Of a DNA stretch of 24,000 bases, positions 7,496-17,472 are shown in pieces. The notes below the pieces were generated by a model. It was not told the DNA's origin. It saw nothing but the letters and a program-made list of their open reading frames with translations, and searched no databases. Position 1 is the stretch's first letter. Each line of letters begins with the position of its first letter. The translations under genes were made by a program, and so were the position numbers. Source of the DNA: Fidelibacterota bacterium UBA7300 (GTDB lineage: Bacteria > Fidelibacterota > Marinisomatia > Marinisomatales > UBA2128); assembly GCA_002471865.1 (NCBI GenBank), contig DKQU01000041.1:23340-47339 (forward strand). Direction: 5' to 3'.

Positions 7496-9268
7496 ATGCT
7501 TAAAAGCGAAATCTATGTACCTGTAAACAGGCGTAATACAGCCTTCTCAGTTGTAATTCTTCTCTTTTTAATACTTTTCGTAAAACTATATACTCTCATG
7601 ATTCATTCTTATGAGGAGTTTAGGAATAAAGCTGATTATAATCGGATTAGACCAGTTATAACGTATGCTCCCAGAGGTAACATTTACGATCGGAATGGAA
7701 GTGTTCTCGCAGCCAATAGCTCAGTTTACACTATTTCTGTGATAAGGGATGAGTTAACTGATACGGAAAATGAACTTTCTCAAGTATCAGGGTATCTAAA
7801 TATTCCTGTGAAAACTTTGAAAAAGAATATGAAAAAATATGGCAGAGGGAGATTCCTTCCATCAAGAATAGCACGTGATGTTAAAGTAGAAACTTTAAGT
7901 CTTATAGAGGAACACAAAAATGAACTACCCGGAGTTATATATTCAACATTACCTGTACGTTATTATCCAATGCAGGATTCAATAAGAGCATCCCATCTGC
8001 TAGGCTATCTACGTGAAATCGGTCCAAGTGATCTGTCCAGAAAAGACGGGAGAGGATATGTCGGTGGTGATTTCATTGGTGCATCCGGCTTAGAGTATTT
8101 CTATGAATCTCATCTAATTGGAGATAAAGGGCATTATTATCAACAGGTTGACGCTTTAGGCAGAGAAGCCGGCGAGGTTTCTGACCGTGAACCTATTCCA
8201 GCAATACCTGGAAATGATCTTTATCTTACAATTGAATCGAAACTTCAGGCTGATGTAGAGAAAACCCTGGAAGGATTGAAGGCGTCATCAGTGGTCCTCA
8301 ATGCTTTAACAGGAGAAGTGCTGGCTATGGTAAGTAAACCTGATTTCAGATTAAGCGATTTTGCCGGTTTTATGGAGGATGAGGAATGGCAGCGCTTCCA
8401 GAATTCTAGAGAAGATCTTCTCCTTAATAGAGCCATAACAGGACGTTATCCTCCCGGGTCTGCTATGAAGTTAGTTACAGCCATTGCAGGACTGGAAGAA
8501 AAGTTAACCAATCTTGATTGGACAGTTGAATGTACTGGTAGTTATTATTATGGTGACCGCGTTTTCAGATGCTGGAAAGAAGAAGGTCATGGAAAAGTAA
8601 ATATTTCAAAGGGAGTGAAGGAGTCGTGTAATATCTACTTTTATCAATTAATTCAACGGATGGACATAGATATTTGGTTTAAATACGCAAATTTATTTGG
8701 GTTTGGTTCAAAGACAGGAATCGACTTACCTCAAGAGAAAAGTGGTATTGCACCAAACCGTAAGTTTATGAATAGAAAATACGGTAAAAGAGGATGGACA
8801 AGTGGCACTCTTCTAAACATTTCCATAGGGCAGGGAGATTTGTTGGTTACGCCTCTTCAGATGTCTCGGTTTGCGGCAATTCTTGCTACCAAAGGGAAAA
8901 ATATCGCTCCTTGGCTTGCTTCACGCCCTAATGCTCAAGCAAAAAAGATTTCTTTTAAAAAATCGACTTGGGATTTGATACATGAAATGATGTTTAATGT
9001 TATTAATAAACCCGGTGGTACTGCTTACAGCAGCCGAATTGCATCAACTTCAATTGAGTTCTATGGTAAAACCGGAACTGCGCAAAATCCTCGAGGTGAA
9101 GCTCATGCATGGTTTATCGGATTTGCGAAAAAAGGTTCTCAAACGATATCTATATCGGTGATAGTGGAAAATGGTGGTACAGGAGGTTCAGTTGCTGCAC
9201 CGGTCGCTAGCAAGATTGTACAAAGTTATTTCAATGAGAGTGAAGCTCAAGAGTTAGTGATTAAATGA
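7496..9268 (+). CDS. mrdA: Penicillin-binding protein 2 (elongasome transpeptidase)
   Basis: 590 aa with an N-terminal TM anchor. Transpeptidase motifs SAMK (SxxK), SCN (SxN) and KTGTA (KTG). Followed by rodA with an ATGA overlap. Confidence 0.9.
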   Translation: MLKSEIYVPVNRRNTAFSVVILLFLILFVKLYTLMIHSYEEFRNKADYNRIRPVITYAPRGNIYDRNGSVLAANSSVYTISVIRDELTDTENELSQVSGYLNIPVKTLKKNMKKYGRGRFLPSRIARDVKVETLSLIEEHKNELPGVIYSTLPVRYYPMQDSIRASHLLGYLREIGPSDLSRKDGRGYVGGDFIGASGLEYFYESHLIGDKGHYYQQVDALGREAGEVSDREPIPAIPGNDLYLTIESKLQADVEKTLEGLKASSVVLNALTGEVLAMVSKPDFRLSDFAGFMEDEEWQRFQNSREDLLLNRAITGRYPPGSAMKLVTAIAGLEEKLTNLDWTVECTGSYYYGDRVFRCWKEEGHGKVNISKGVKESCNIYFYQLIQRMDIDIWFKYANLFGFGSKTGIDLPQEKSGIAPNRKFMNRKYGKRGWTSGTLLNISIGQGDLLVTPLQMSRFAAILATKGKNIAPWLASRPNAQAKKISFKKSTWDLIHEMMFNVINKPGGTAYSSRIASTSIEFYGKTGTAQNPRGEAHAWFIGFAKKGSQTISISVIVENGGTGGSVAAPVASKIVQSYFNESEAQELVIK

Positions 9269-10488
9269 TCAATTTGATTGGAAAACTTAGAGTAGCTCCT
9301 CTCCGTTGGCTGTTTCTAGCAATGGTACTAAACGGTTTTGGTCTCTTGGCACTCTACAGCATTACTACTCATTCAGGGGAGTTACTGCTTTCATCCCGTT
9401 TTTTTAAACACCTTTTCTGGATGATTCCCAGTCTGTTTGCTTTCCTTTTCTTTCTGGGAATTTCGAAAAGAATCATTCACAAATATTCGTATGCGGCTTT
9501 AAGTGTAATGATGGTTTTGATAATTGTACCTTTTGGAATGAGCTCTATAGCTGGTACTCATAGATGGATATCACTTGGGGGTGTGAGTTTTCAACCTGTA
9601 GAGGTACTCAAGTGGGTTCTAATCATAAGCTTAGCAAGATATCTTTCTGATCACAATCTGGAAATTCAGAGGTTGCGTTCGGTAGTAATTCCAACTGTAG
9701 CAACACTGGTACCTGTTGCTTTTGTAATCAATCAGCCTGATTTAGGTTCAGCTGTGTTACTATTAATGTTATCCTTCCCATTACTTTACTGGGTAGGTGC
9801 ACGTCCTCTGCACTTATTTATGTTGATTGCTCCATTGGTGAGCATCTTAACTGCTTTTAGTTTAATTACCTTTACTATTTGGATTGCTGCAGTAGGTATA
9901 GTTCTCTATTTTTCAAGAACAGATTTACGGATTGGACTTGCTAATTTTTTTGGAAATGTATTTTTGGGACTGTTAACTCCAGTCCTCTGGGGTAAACTAC
10001 AACCCTATCAGCAGGAGAGAGTTCTTGTAATGCTAGATCCAACTCGTGATCCTCATGGTGCAGCATATCAGGTAATACAATCTCAGACGGCCATAGGGTC
10101 TGGAGGATTTTCTGGAAAAGGCCTAGGAAACGGAACACAGACTCATCTAAAATTCTTACCTGAACAGGAGACAGACTTCATATTCTCTGTTATTGGAGAA
10201 GAATTAGGCTTTGTAGTGGTATGCCTGATCCTAGCACTTTTTTTGTATCTTATCTTGGATATTATCAAAGTTGCATTTCAGTCAAGTGAGCGATTCTCAA
10301 GTTTGATTATCTTTGGAGTTGGTATTCTTTTTCTATTCCATGTTTTCGTTAACATCGGTATGACAATAAACCTGTTGCCGGTCAAAGGTCTTCCATTACC
10401 GTTCATAAGTTATGGTGGTTCATTTCTTGTATCATGTTATGCTATGTTAGGTTTGGCCATGAATATGTCATTAGAGGGAGAGGAGTAG
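9265..10488 (+). CDS. rodA: Peptidoglycan glycosyltransferase RodA (SEDS family)
   Basis: 407-aa polytopic FtsW/RodA/SpoVE protein. Motifs seen: QPDLGSA, DPHGAAYQVIQSQTAIGSGGFSGKG, ETDFIFSVIGEELG and LPFISYGGS. Confidence 0.9.
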   Translation: MINLIGKLRVAPLRWLFLAMVLNGFGLLALYSITTHSGELLLSSRFFKHLFWMIPSLFAFLFFLGISKRIIHKYSYAALSVMMVLIIVPFGMSSIAGTHRWISLGGVSFQPVEVLKWVLIISLARYLSDHNLEIQRLRSVVIPTVATLVPVAFVINQPDLGSAVLLLMLSFPLLYWVGARPLHLFMLIAPLVSILTAFSLITFTIWIAAVGIVLYFSRTDLRIGLANFFGNVFLGLLTPVLWGKLQPYQQERVLVMLDPTRDPHGAAYQVIQSQTAIGSGGFSGKGLGNGTQTHLKFLPEQETDFIFSVIGEELGFVVVCLILALFLYLILDIIKVAFQSSERFSSLIIFGVGILFLFHVFVNIGMTINLLPVKGLPLPFISYGGSFLVSCYAMLGLAMNMSLEGEE

Positions 10489-10583
10489 TCAATCCAATTT
10501 GAAATAGTTTGAATTTTTTCGTCTATAGAGCTAACTTTACATACTCTATCCGATCCGAGGTTGGACGCTTGAGGCAGTTAAAT

Positions 10584-11354
10584 ATGAAACATCTTCAACT
10601 ATTAATAATACTATTCATCGGTATTTTTTCCTCTCAGCTTATTGGGCAGGATGATATAACTAAGCGAGTAGATGCTCTCGAAGCTCAGATTAATCAACTA
10701 AATAGCATCATCATCCCAGATGTTGAGAATGCTTTGAGTACAGTTGTTCGGGCAAAATCTCAATCTGATAGCGCTACGATTATGCTGATCAATAGAATTA
10801 ATTCTATTCAAAATAAAATGAAAATCCTTGAAGATAAAGCTGCTTACTCAGATAGTACTAATCTTGAGATATTGGAACAGTTAGTGATGATAGAGAACAA
10901 AATAGTCTCGTTAGCAAGAAGTTTTAATGAGCTTTATAGTATAAAGGCAACACCTGAAGCATTTGAAACACCAAAACTAAGCTCTGATGAATTTAAAAAG
11001 CGTTATGTGGATGCTCTAAGTAGCTATCAAAATGGACGATATGAAGAAGCTATTCAGGGTTTTTCCACCTTGAATTTTAGTGAATCAGGCCACCCTTTAG
11101 CAGACAATAGTCAGTATTGGTTGGGTGAATGTTACTATTCCATGAAAAATTATAAACGAGCGATATTGGAATTTGAGAAGGTGATGCAGTTTTCTAAGTC
11201 GGATAAACAAGATGATTCAAAACTTAAACTTGGACTTTGTTTTCTGAAGATAGGTAACAATCAACGAGCTCGAGCTGAATTCAAGGATTTGCTTGAATTA
11301 TTCCCAAACAGTGAATATTCACAGCGTGCTCAGCAATACCTACACCAACTTTAG
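10584..11354 (+). CDS. CpoB/YbgF-like periplasmic protein (N-terminal coiled-coil plus C-terminal TPR)
   Basis: Start moved from the track position (10509) to ATG 10584, which has GAGG 9 nt upstream and gives a signal peptide MKHLQLLIILFIGIFSSQLIGQ. A coiled-coil segment is followed by Y..A...YQNGRYEEAI..F......HPLADNSQYWLGECYY....Y..AI.EF..V.......D.KLKLG.C....N...A...F..L...FPNSEY, the YbgF-type TPR pattern. Confidence 0.65.
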   Translation: MKHLQLLIILFIGIFSSQLIGQDDITKRVDALEAQINQLNSIIIPDVENALSTVVRAKSQSDSATIMLINRINSIQNKMKILEDKAAYSDSTNLEILEQLVMIENKIVSLARSFNELYSIKATPEAFETPKLSSDEFKKRYVDALSSYQNGRYEEAIQGFSTLNFSESGHPLADNSQYWLGECYYSMKNYKRAILEFEKVMQFSKSDKQDDSKLKLGLCFLKIGNNQRARAEFKDLLELFPNSEYSQRAQQYLHQL

Positions 11355-11389
11355 TTTTTGAACTACTTTATTTTGAGGAGACATATTAA

Positions 11390-12229
11390 ATGCAGTTGAA
11401 AACTTATTTCCTAACATCAGAAATATCACCATTCTCTGAAACTGGTTTTCTCTCACTTTTCTCTAAGAATATACCCATTTATTTACAGGAAAAGGAACAG
11501 GATATAAGAATTACATCACCTAAATATGGTTATATCAGTGAGCGAAAGTATATCCTGAGAGAGGTAATCAGGCTTCGGGAGATAGAGTGTGAGATTGGTG
11601 ATGAGATGATAAAATCTTCGGCTAAATCTGCATTTATTCCTAAAACTAGAGTTCAGGTTTACTTTATGGAACATGCTGACTGGTTTCAGCCTTTGACTCC
11701 TCTTCTCTATAAATCCAGAAATGGTCGAATATTATCAGATAATGCTGAGAGATTTGGTTTTTTCAGTAAAATGGGTCTAGCCATGTTGACTGATCTTTTC
11801 TGGTGTCCCAACATAGTGATATGCAATAGTTGGCAAGCTGCGACTGTTCCACTTCTCAATAATCAAATTTACTCTAAGGAAGAGTTCTATGATGGTATTC
11901 AGACCGTTCTACTGATACACAGCCTTGATGAGAATGCTGTCATTCCGTCTGATACGTATGATACACTTGGAGTAAAACTTCCAGATAATATTAATGAAGA
12001 TGAAGTTAATTCACTTGTAGTTGGTGCATTAGCAGCTGATCTAGTCATTGCTGTGGACAGTCCTGAAGCAGAGATTTCTAAACAATTAGCGGAACATCCT
12101 GCATTTAAACCGCATTATAGTGCAATTAAAGGAAAGGTAAAAAAACTTAAGGTTTCAGATGATTCAACCACCTCGTTCCAATCTGCCGCAGGAGAGCTCG
12201 ACGGTCTGCTCAGGAAACTCGCTTCCTGA
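11390..12229 (+). CDS. Glycogen/starch synthase N-terminal (GT5) domain-only protein with a degenerate active-site motif
   Basis: 279 aa; GAGGAG Shine-Dalgarno upstream. It is colinear with the N-half of GlgA as recalled: SEISPFSETGFLSLF vs SE..P..KTGGLADV; NAERFGFF vs DN.LRFA.L; PNIVICNSWQAA vs PD.VH.HDW...; LIHSLDENA vs T.HN..YQG; LVIAVDSPEAEI vs ..TVSPTYA.EI. The C-terminal Rossmann half of the GT-B fold is absent. Confidence 0.6.
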   Translation: MQLKTYFLTSEISPFSETGFLSLFSKNIPIYLQEKEQDIRITSPKYGYISERKYILREVIRLREIECEIGDEMIKSSAKSAFIPKTRVQVYFMEHADWFQPLTPLLYKSRNGRILSDNAERFGFFSKMGLAMLTDLFWCPNIVICNSWQAATVPLLNNQIYSKEEFYDGIQTVLLIHSLDENAVIPSDTYDTLGVKLPDNINEDEVNSLVVGALAADLVIAVDSPEAEISKQLAEHPAFKPHYSAIKGKVKKLKVSDDSTTSFQSAAGELDGLLRKLAS

Positions 12230-12256
12230 AAATCTCCTAACTGACATCTACACAAA

Positions 12257-13531
12257 GTGAGTAACTATCCTTTAAAATTCTTCTTGAAGTCATTAGTAAC
12301 CTTCTTCAGCATTTCCTTTTCTGTAATTTTCCTGATGTCTTGTATCGAGAATTCATTTCCAACTGATATAAGTGATTTACACCTTGATCTATTGGACACA
12401 GTAACTGTGGATATAGAATTATCACCTTATCAAACCCCGCCTGAGATTGGCTCTAATCGTTATCTTTATGTAGGGAGTAATGGAGACTTCACTATTTCTC
12501 GTACAGTTCTTAAAGTTGGCAGCCTCACTGCAATTCAGGACTCAACTTTTGAGATGATAGACAGTCGCATTGAATTGACTCTTGTTGACACTGTTTTGGA
12601 CATTCAGCCGTCATTTATTCTCTCATATTTTGCCATGGATTCTACTATCGAATTCTCTGAATCAGGAACCAACTTTGATAACGATGACTGGCTGGACGAA
12701 ATTGTATTTGATGGACAATTTACTGCTGATTCCCTGTCTCTTGACACATCCGGTATCTACACTGTTGAATTTCCAGTTGATACTTCTGTTGTGATGGAAT
12801 GGGCAGATACTTCTGCAGATCCGCAACTCCTAGTACTGGAAGCACCGGCGTTGAACAGCGAAGTTCTGCAATTTTATTCCACTGAAAATGGCTCGCTTGA
12901 GCCAGCACTTATAATCTCCTATAGTGATTCTGTAACTGTGACAGTGACTATTGATTCAATGGAAGTGGACACATTGATTCTGGATACATTAGAATTGGTT
13001 TTGGAGATGAGTTCTGATGTTTCCATAGTTGAACCACCTTTGTTTGCCGGCGGTGGATTCGATTCAACTCAAATCTACTTCAGTAATGGTGCTGGGATGA
13101 AAGCACTTATGAATGTGGACTTGGATTCACTAAATGTGCCTGAAGAAGCGGTAATACTGAAAGCAAAACTAGTTCTCTACAGCGATTCTACCAATTCCAA
13201 TTGGGAAGAAGATGGGACATTTAATATGAAGATAGCCACTCTGGAAGACAGTATCGCAAATGAGGATGATTTTATCTGGCCCGCATTTATTTCTGAGGAT
13301 AGCCTCGGTACAGGGACACTGAAAGTAAGTTCTCTTGATTCTACCGACATGCTAGTTCACAGAATTGATAGATTGATTGAAACGATATTCCTCGGGGTTG
13401 AAGATAATCTCGGTTTTAAGTTAGAGACATCTTCAGCTCCATCGATTTTTAACATTGTAGCTTTTCATACTTCTGATAACCCGGATTCAGCATTACATCC
13501 AAGATTGGAGATTTATTACGGTGTTCCTTAA
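12257..13531 (+). CDS. Acidic Ser/Thr/Asp-rich lipoprotein of unknown function (possibly DUF4270-like)
   Basis: 424 aa with a signal peptide and lipobox (SVIFLMSC) and an acidic beta-rich composition. The DUF4270 suggestion rests only on my recollection that small GT5-like genes are followed by DUF4270 lipoproteins in Bacteroidota. It is not verified here. Confidence 0.45.
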   Translation: MSNYPLKFFLKSLVTFFSISFSVIFLMSCIENSFPTDISDLHLDLLDTVTVDIELSPYQTPPEIGSNRYLYVGSNGDFTISRTVLKVGSLTAIQDSTFEMIDSRIELTLVDTVLDIQPSFILSYFAMDSTIEFSESGTNFDNDDWLDEIVFDGQFTADSLSLDTSGIYTVEFPVDTSVVMEWADTSADPQLLVLEAPALNSEVLQFYSTENGSLEPALIISYSDSVTVTVTIDSMEVDTLILDTLELVLEMSSDVSIVEPPLFAGGGFDSTQIYFSNGAGMKALMNVDLDSLNVPEEAVILKAKLVLYSDSTNSNWEEDGTFNMKIATLEDSIANEDDFIWPAFISEDSLGTGTLKVSSLDSTDMLVHRIDRLIETIFLGVEDNLGFKLETSSAPSIFNIVAFHTSDNPDSALHPRLEIYYGVP

Positions 13532-14792
13532 GAAAAGCGTATTGACCGTGGGATTATTGATGACTATGATATCAGCACAATCACCATATAATAGCGCTGG
13601 TATAGGTATGTTATCAGATTTTTCTGCAGCACCGGCTTTCGGTCTGGGGATGTCTGGTCTGATGGGAGGATTCAACCACTCAGTCTCTACTCAAAACCCA
13701 TCAACATGGCCTGAGTTGAATTTTAGCAAATTAACAGTGCATTATGTGGGCGGAGAGATTCAAAACCAAAGTTTTCGAACCAGTTTTGGAAGTCTTGGGG
13801 ATGCTTCTTTTATTTTACCTATTAAGGGTGAGTACGCATTAGGATTAGGGCTCAAACCGTTTGCCAACAAAACTTACCTACTCACTGATACTTCTGTTCT
13901 GGACACAATCTTTGCAGGTGATACTCTGGCATTATCCACCGATTTATCCGGATCTGGTGGTATTGGTTCATTTCGTACGGCAATAGCAAAAAGATTAAGT
14001 GATAGGTTAGCATTTGGAATTAGTACAGAGTTTCTTTTTGGTGTCTCTTCGGAATCAGCTATAATATCAGGACTCTTTTCCGGTGATACTACGGTAGTTA
14101 TAACACGTAATCACGAAATAAAGGGGACCTTTTTTTCTCTCTATTTAACTACTTCGCTTTTTGATACTCCAGCGAAATCTTCTCTGTATTTATCAATACG
14201 AGCACCTATTGGAACTCGAAGAATTATTGAACGTGCGGATCATGTTTTTATCGATAATGATGGCGATCAAGAATATACTCCTTGGGATGATCCGCTTCCA
14301 TATTATGTAAATAGTTCAGAAAACAATATTTCTTCTTTTTCACTTCCTGTTGATTTTTCAATTGGTGTAATGTATCATCTTAGTGGTTCTACTTATTTTG
14401 CTGGTGAGTTTGTTAGCCGCAACTTTGATAAAAATGATCTGTTTCCAACCTCTTCAATAAATTCAACAGTTGATTCCGGTCACCGTCTGGCTTTAGGGCT
14501 CCTTAAGGAGGGAACGACAGAAAGTAGATCTCTGCTGAGTCACCTCCATTACCGGATTGGATTTTTCAATAGACAACATTACATTTCAAACAACGGAGAA
14601 TCTGTCACTGAACAAGGTTTAGCTTTTGGAATTGGTATCCCTTTCGGCTTAACAAGAAATCAGATAGATATAGGTTATCAATTTGTTGAAAGATCTGGTT
14701 TTCTTTCTTCTGAACCTGAAATAGTAAATCAAATAACAATAGGTTTGACTCTCGGTGACGTGTGGTTGGCCAGTAGAAAACGGAGAAAATAA
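13521..14792 (+). CDS. Outer-membrane beta-barrel protein, unknown function
   Basis: 423 aa with a signal peptide MFLKKSVLTVGLLMTMISA/QS and alternating amphipathic beta-strand pattern throughout. The C-terminal region (ITIGLTLGDVW) is followed by a short basic tail. The N-terminal SPYNSAGIGML...GLGMSGL resembles plug/hatch segments of FadL-like barrels. Overlaps the upstream gene by 11 nt. Confidence 0.55.
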   Translation: MFLKKSVLTVGLLMTMISAQSPYNSAGIGMLSDFSAAPAFGLGMSGLMGGFNHSVSTQNPSTWPELNFSKLTVHYVGGEIQNQSFRTSFGSLGDASFILPIKGEYALGLGLKPFANKTYLLTDTSVLDTIFAGDTLALSTDLSGSGGIGSFRTAIAKRLSDRLAFGISTEFLFGVSSESAIISGLFSGDTTVVITRNHEIKGTFFSLYLTTSLFDTPAKSSLYLSIRAPIGTRRIIERADHVFIDNDGDQEYTPWDDPLPYYVNSSENNISSFSLPVDFSIGVMYHLSGSTYFAGEFVSRNFDKNDLFPTSSINSTVDSGHRLALGLLKEGTTESRSLLSHLHYRIGFFNRQHYISNNGESVTEQGLAFGIGIPFGLTRNQIDIGYQFVERSGFLSSEPEIVNQITIGLTLGDVWLASRKRRK

Positions 14793-14797
14793 AAATA

Positions 14798-16081
14798 ATG
14801 AGAATTAGAAGTAGATATTTGTTACAAATTTTGGGTTATGGATTAATTATTTTGATATCAGCTTCATGTGTACCGCCTGAAGCCGAGGAAGAGTTTCCTG
14901 AGGATGAAGAATGGCTGGAAGAAAAAGATGACGAAAGATGTGATCAGTTATTAAGTAGTGCTGCAGAATACTACAAGAACAAAGATTGGAAATCTACTAT
15001 TAGAGTTTACCGTATGTTGACTAATGAAGGTTGTGACCGCGGAAATGAAGAGCAAGTTTATCAGTTTTGGGCTATTGCTCACGAACGTCAAGCACAGTTT
15101 GATAGTTCAGAAATAGTCTTACTCCAGGGTTTAAAGCATTTGACAGATAATTTAAATTTATATAATCGCCTAGCTTACGCCTACAAACGACTGGGAAAAT
15201 CTGAAGACGAAGCCTATGTATATCAAGATATCTTGGATATTGAACCAGATAACAGTGAGACATTAAAAGAACTGGCTCGAGTTTACGGCGATATGGAACG
15301 ATTTGAAGAGCAGGTTGAAGTGCTCAAGCAAATCTTGGAATTAGAGCCAACCAATAAAAGTGTTGAAGGTGATTTAGTCCTGGCTTACGAAAATTTAGGT
15401 CTTGATCCTCTGGATATTTACCGCACTCGATTTGCTCATAATCCTAATAACGTTTCTTATGGGATTGATTTAGCTGATCAACTAATGCAGTCAGACGAAT
15501 TTGTAGAAGCGATTGATATTTTAGAGGATCTATCCCATCAGCGGAGCAGCAATGGAGCTGTCTCTAAGAAATTGATCTTTAAGAAGTTGGCTCAAGCCTA
15601 CGTGGGAAACGACCAACTTTCGAAAGCATCTGAATCATATATTCGCCTATTTGAAGAAGACTCGGGAGATTTCCGAACTGCTATTGAGATTGTCTCTCTC
15701 AATATTGATATTTCTGATTTCAAAACGGCACTTCTATGGATAGAGAAGGCGATAGAAATTGCACCTGAAAATGGGGAACCTTTGGGTTATAAAGGAAACG
15801 TCTATTATCAAGCAACACTAGATTGTCGTGAAGAGGAACCAAGTACTGATGATAAAATAGTTGCAAGTTTAGCTCAAAAATACTTTAAAATGAGTTTAGA
15901 GAAAGGATATCGTAAGTTTAGAAGAGATGTAAAATATTTAGATGAAAACGAAGATGATTTACTCTTTGGTTTAGAGGATTGGTTTTTGTTGGAAGATCAA
16001 AGCGTTTCACTAAAACCTTCAGGAGATTGCTATAGTTGGGTGAAAGAAGCGCTCCCTAAAGATCCCTCTTGGAAACAGTAG
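14798..16081 (+). CDS. TPR-repeat lipoprotein
   Basis: 427 aa with a lipobox (ILISASC), an acidic linker, then multiple TPR-like helical repeats (for example AYAYKRLGKSEDEAYVYQDILDIEPDNSETLKELARVYGDMERFEEQVEVLKQILELEP). Confidence 0.6.
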   Translation: MRIRSRYLLQILGYGLIILISASCVPPEAEEEFPEDEEWLEEKDDERCDQLLSSAAEYYKNKDWKSTIRVYRMLTNEGCDRGNEEQVYQFWAIAHERQAQFDSSEIVLLQGLKHLTDNLNLYNRLAYAYKRLGKSEDEAYVYQDILDIEPDNSETLKELARVYGDMERFEEQVEVLKQILELEPTNKSVEGDLVLAYENLGLDPLDIYRTRFAHNPNNVSYGIDLADQLMQSDEFVEAIDILEDLSHQRSSNGAVSKKLIFKKLAQAYVGNDQLSKASESYIRLFEEDSGDFRTAIEIVSLNIDISDFKTALLWIEKAIEIAPENGEPLGYKGNVYYQATLDCREEEPSTDDKIVASLAQKYFKMSLEKGYRKFRRDVKYLDENEDDLLFGLEDWFLLEDQSVSLKPSGDCYSWVKEALPKDPSWKQ

Positions 16082-16125
16082 TTTTATTAGAAAAGGATAC
16101 AGTGTACTGTATTATTTAATGTTAA

Positions 16126-17445
16126 ATGACTGAAGCTTCAATTAGAGTACTATCCCTTCCAGATGTAGACCCAGACGTCTATACCTCAATTCAAAATGAG
16201 ACACTCCGTCAAGGAAATACTCTTGAGCTGATTGCCTCCGAGAATTTCGTCAGTAAAGCTGTGCTGGAGGCAGCGGGTGGTGTTATGACAAACAAATATG
16301 CTGAGGGGTACCCAGGCCGACGATACTATGGAGGCTGTGACTGGGTGGATGTTGCAGAAGATCTAGCCCGAGACAGAGCCAAAGAGCTTTTTGGATGTGA
16401 TTATGCTAATGTACAGCCCCACTCCGGATCACAAGCGAACATGGCAGTTTACTTTACATTTTTGCAGCCAGGAGATACTCTCATGGGATTGGATCTTGCT
16501 CATGGCGGGCATCTTACTCACGGCTCCCCGGTAAATTTTTCAGGTAAGCTTTTCAATATTGTATCTTATCAGGTTGATAAGAAGTCTGGACGAGTCGATT
16601 TTGATGAAGTGTTGAGGCTCGCCAAAGAGTCCAATCCGAAGCTCATCGTCTGCGGCGGGAGTGCTTATCCTCGATTCATCGAATTCGAGCAGTTCAGGGA
16701 AGTAGCTGACGAAGTAGGAGCATATTTGATGAGTGATATTGCCCATCCTGCAGGGTTGGTTGCAGCAGGGATTCATCCTAGTCCGATGGAATTTTGCGAT
16801 GTGGTGACGTCCACGACACACAAAACTCTTCGCGGACCTCGGGGCGGTTTGATTCTCATGGGGAAGGATTGGGAAAATCCATGGGGTGTGGTGGCTCCCA
16901 AATCCGGTCGGACGAAAATGGTCTCTGAATTACTCGATTCCACGGTCATGCCAGGCATTCAGGGCGGCCCGCTTATGCATGTCATAGCCGCTAAAGCTGT
17001 CGCCTTTGGTGAAGCATTGCAGCCGGAATTCAAGGAATATTGTCAGAAAGTTGTGGATAATGCACAAGCAATGGCCGATGCTCTATTGGAACTCAACTAT
17101 GACTTGGTGAGTGGTGGTACGGATACTCATGTGATCTTGGTCGATCTGACCAAACGAGAGATTTCCGGAAAAGCTGCAGAAAACGCTCTCGAGAAAGCCG
17201 GTATCACTGTTAACAAAAATATGGTTCCGTTCGATCAAAAGAGCCCATTTGTGACCAGCGGGATTCGCGTCGGGACTCCAGCAGTAACGACTCGCGGTAT
17301 GGGAATTGATGAGATGAAAGGAATTGCCAACATGATTGATAGAGTTATCTCCTCCCATGAGAATGATGAACTGATAACACAAGTAAAAGGCGAAGTAAGC
17401 GAACTCTGCTCCAGATTTCCTCTCTATACTGATTTGCTCGGTTGA
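16126..17445 (+). CDS. glyA: Serine hydroxymethyltransferase
   Basis: 439 aa. Motifs seen: [35 protein letters not shown], the PLP-lysine motif [12 protein letters not shown], and SGIRVGTPA. Confidence 0.95.
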   Translation: MTEASIRVLSLPDVDPDVYTSIQNETLRQGNTLELIASENFVSKAVLEAAGGVMTNKYAEGYPGRRYYGGCDWVDVAEDLARDRAKELFGCDYANVQPHSGSQANMAVYFTFLQPGDTLMGLDLAHGGHLTHGSPVNFSGKLFNIVSYQVDKKSGRVDFDEVLRLAKESNPKLIVCGGSAYPRFIEFEQFREVADEVGAYLMSDIAHPAGLVAAGIHPSPMEFCDVVTSTTHKTLRGPRGGLILMGKDWENPWGVVAPKSGRTKMVSELLDSTVMPGIQGGPLMHVIAAKAVAFGEALQPEFKEYCQKVVDNAQAMADALLELNYDLVSGGTDTHVILVDLTKREISGKAAENALEKAGITVNKNMVPFDQKSPFVTSGIRVGTPAVTTRGMGIDEMKGIANMIDRVISSHENDELITQVKGEVSELCSRFPLYTDLLG

Positions 17446-17472
17446 TAATTATCAGGACATAGCGAGATCTTT

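Noticed and set aside
10509-10583. N-terminal extension of the CpoB-like ORF from a TTG start (MNFFVYRANFTYSIRSEVGRLRQLN).
   Set aside because: The internal ATG at 10584 has a GAGG Shine-Dalgarno at proper spacing and yields a canonical signal peptide. The extension would bury that signal peptide.
16097-16112. Palindrome ATACAGT-GT-ACTGTAT just upstream of glyA, superficially similar to a LexA box or an operator.
   Set aside because: It is short and AT-rich. Its half-site orientation (ACAG..CTGT) is the reverse of the E. coli-type CTGT-N8-ACAG SOS box. It could equally be a weak hairpin after the TPR gene. The evidence is insufficient for a call.
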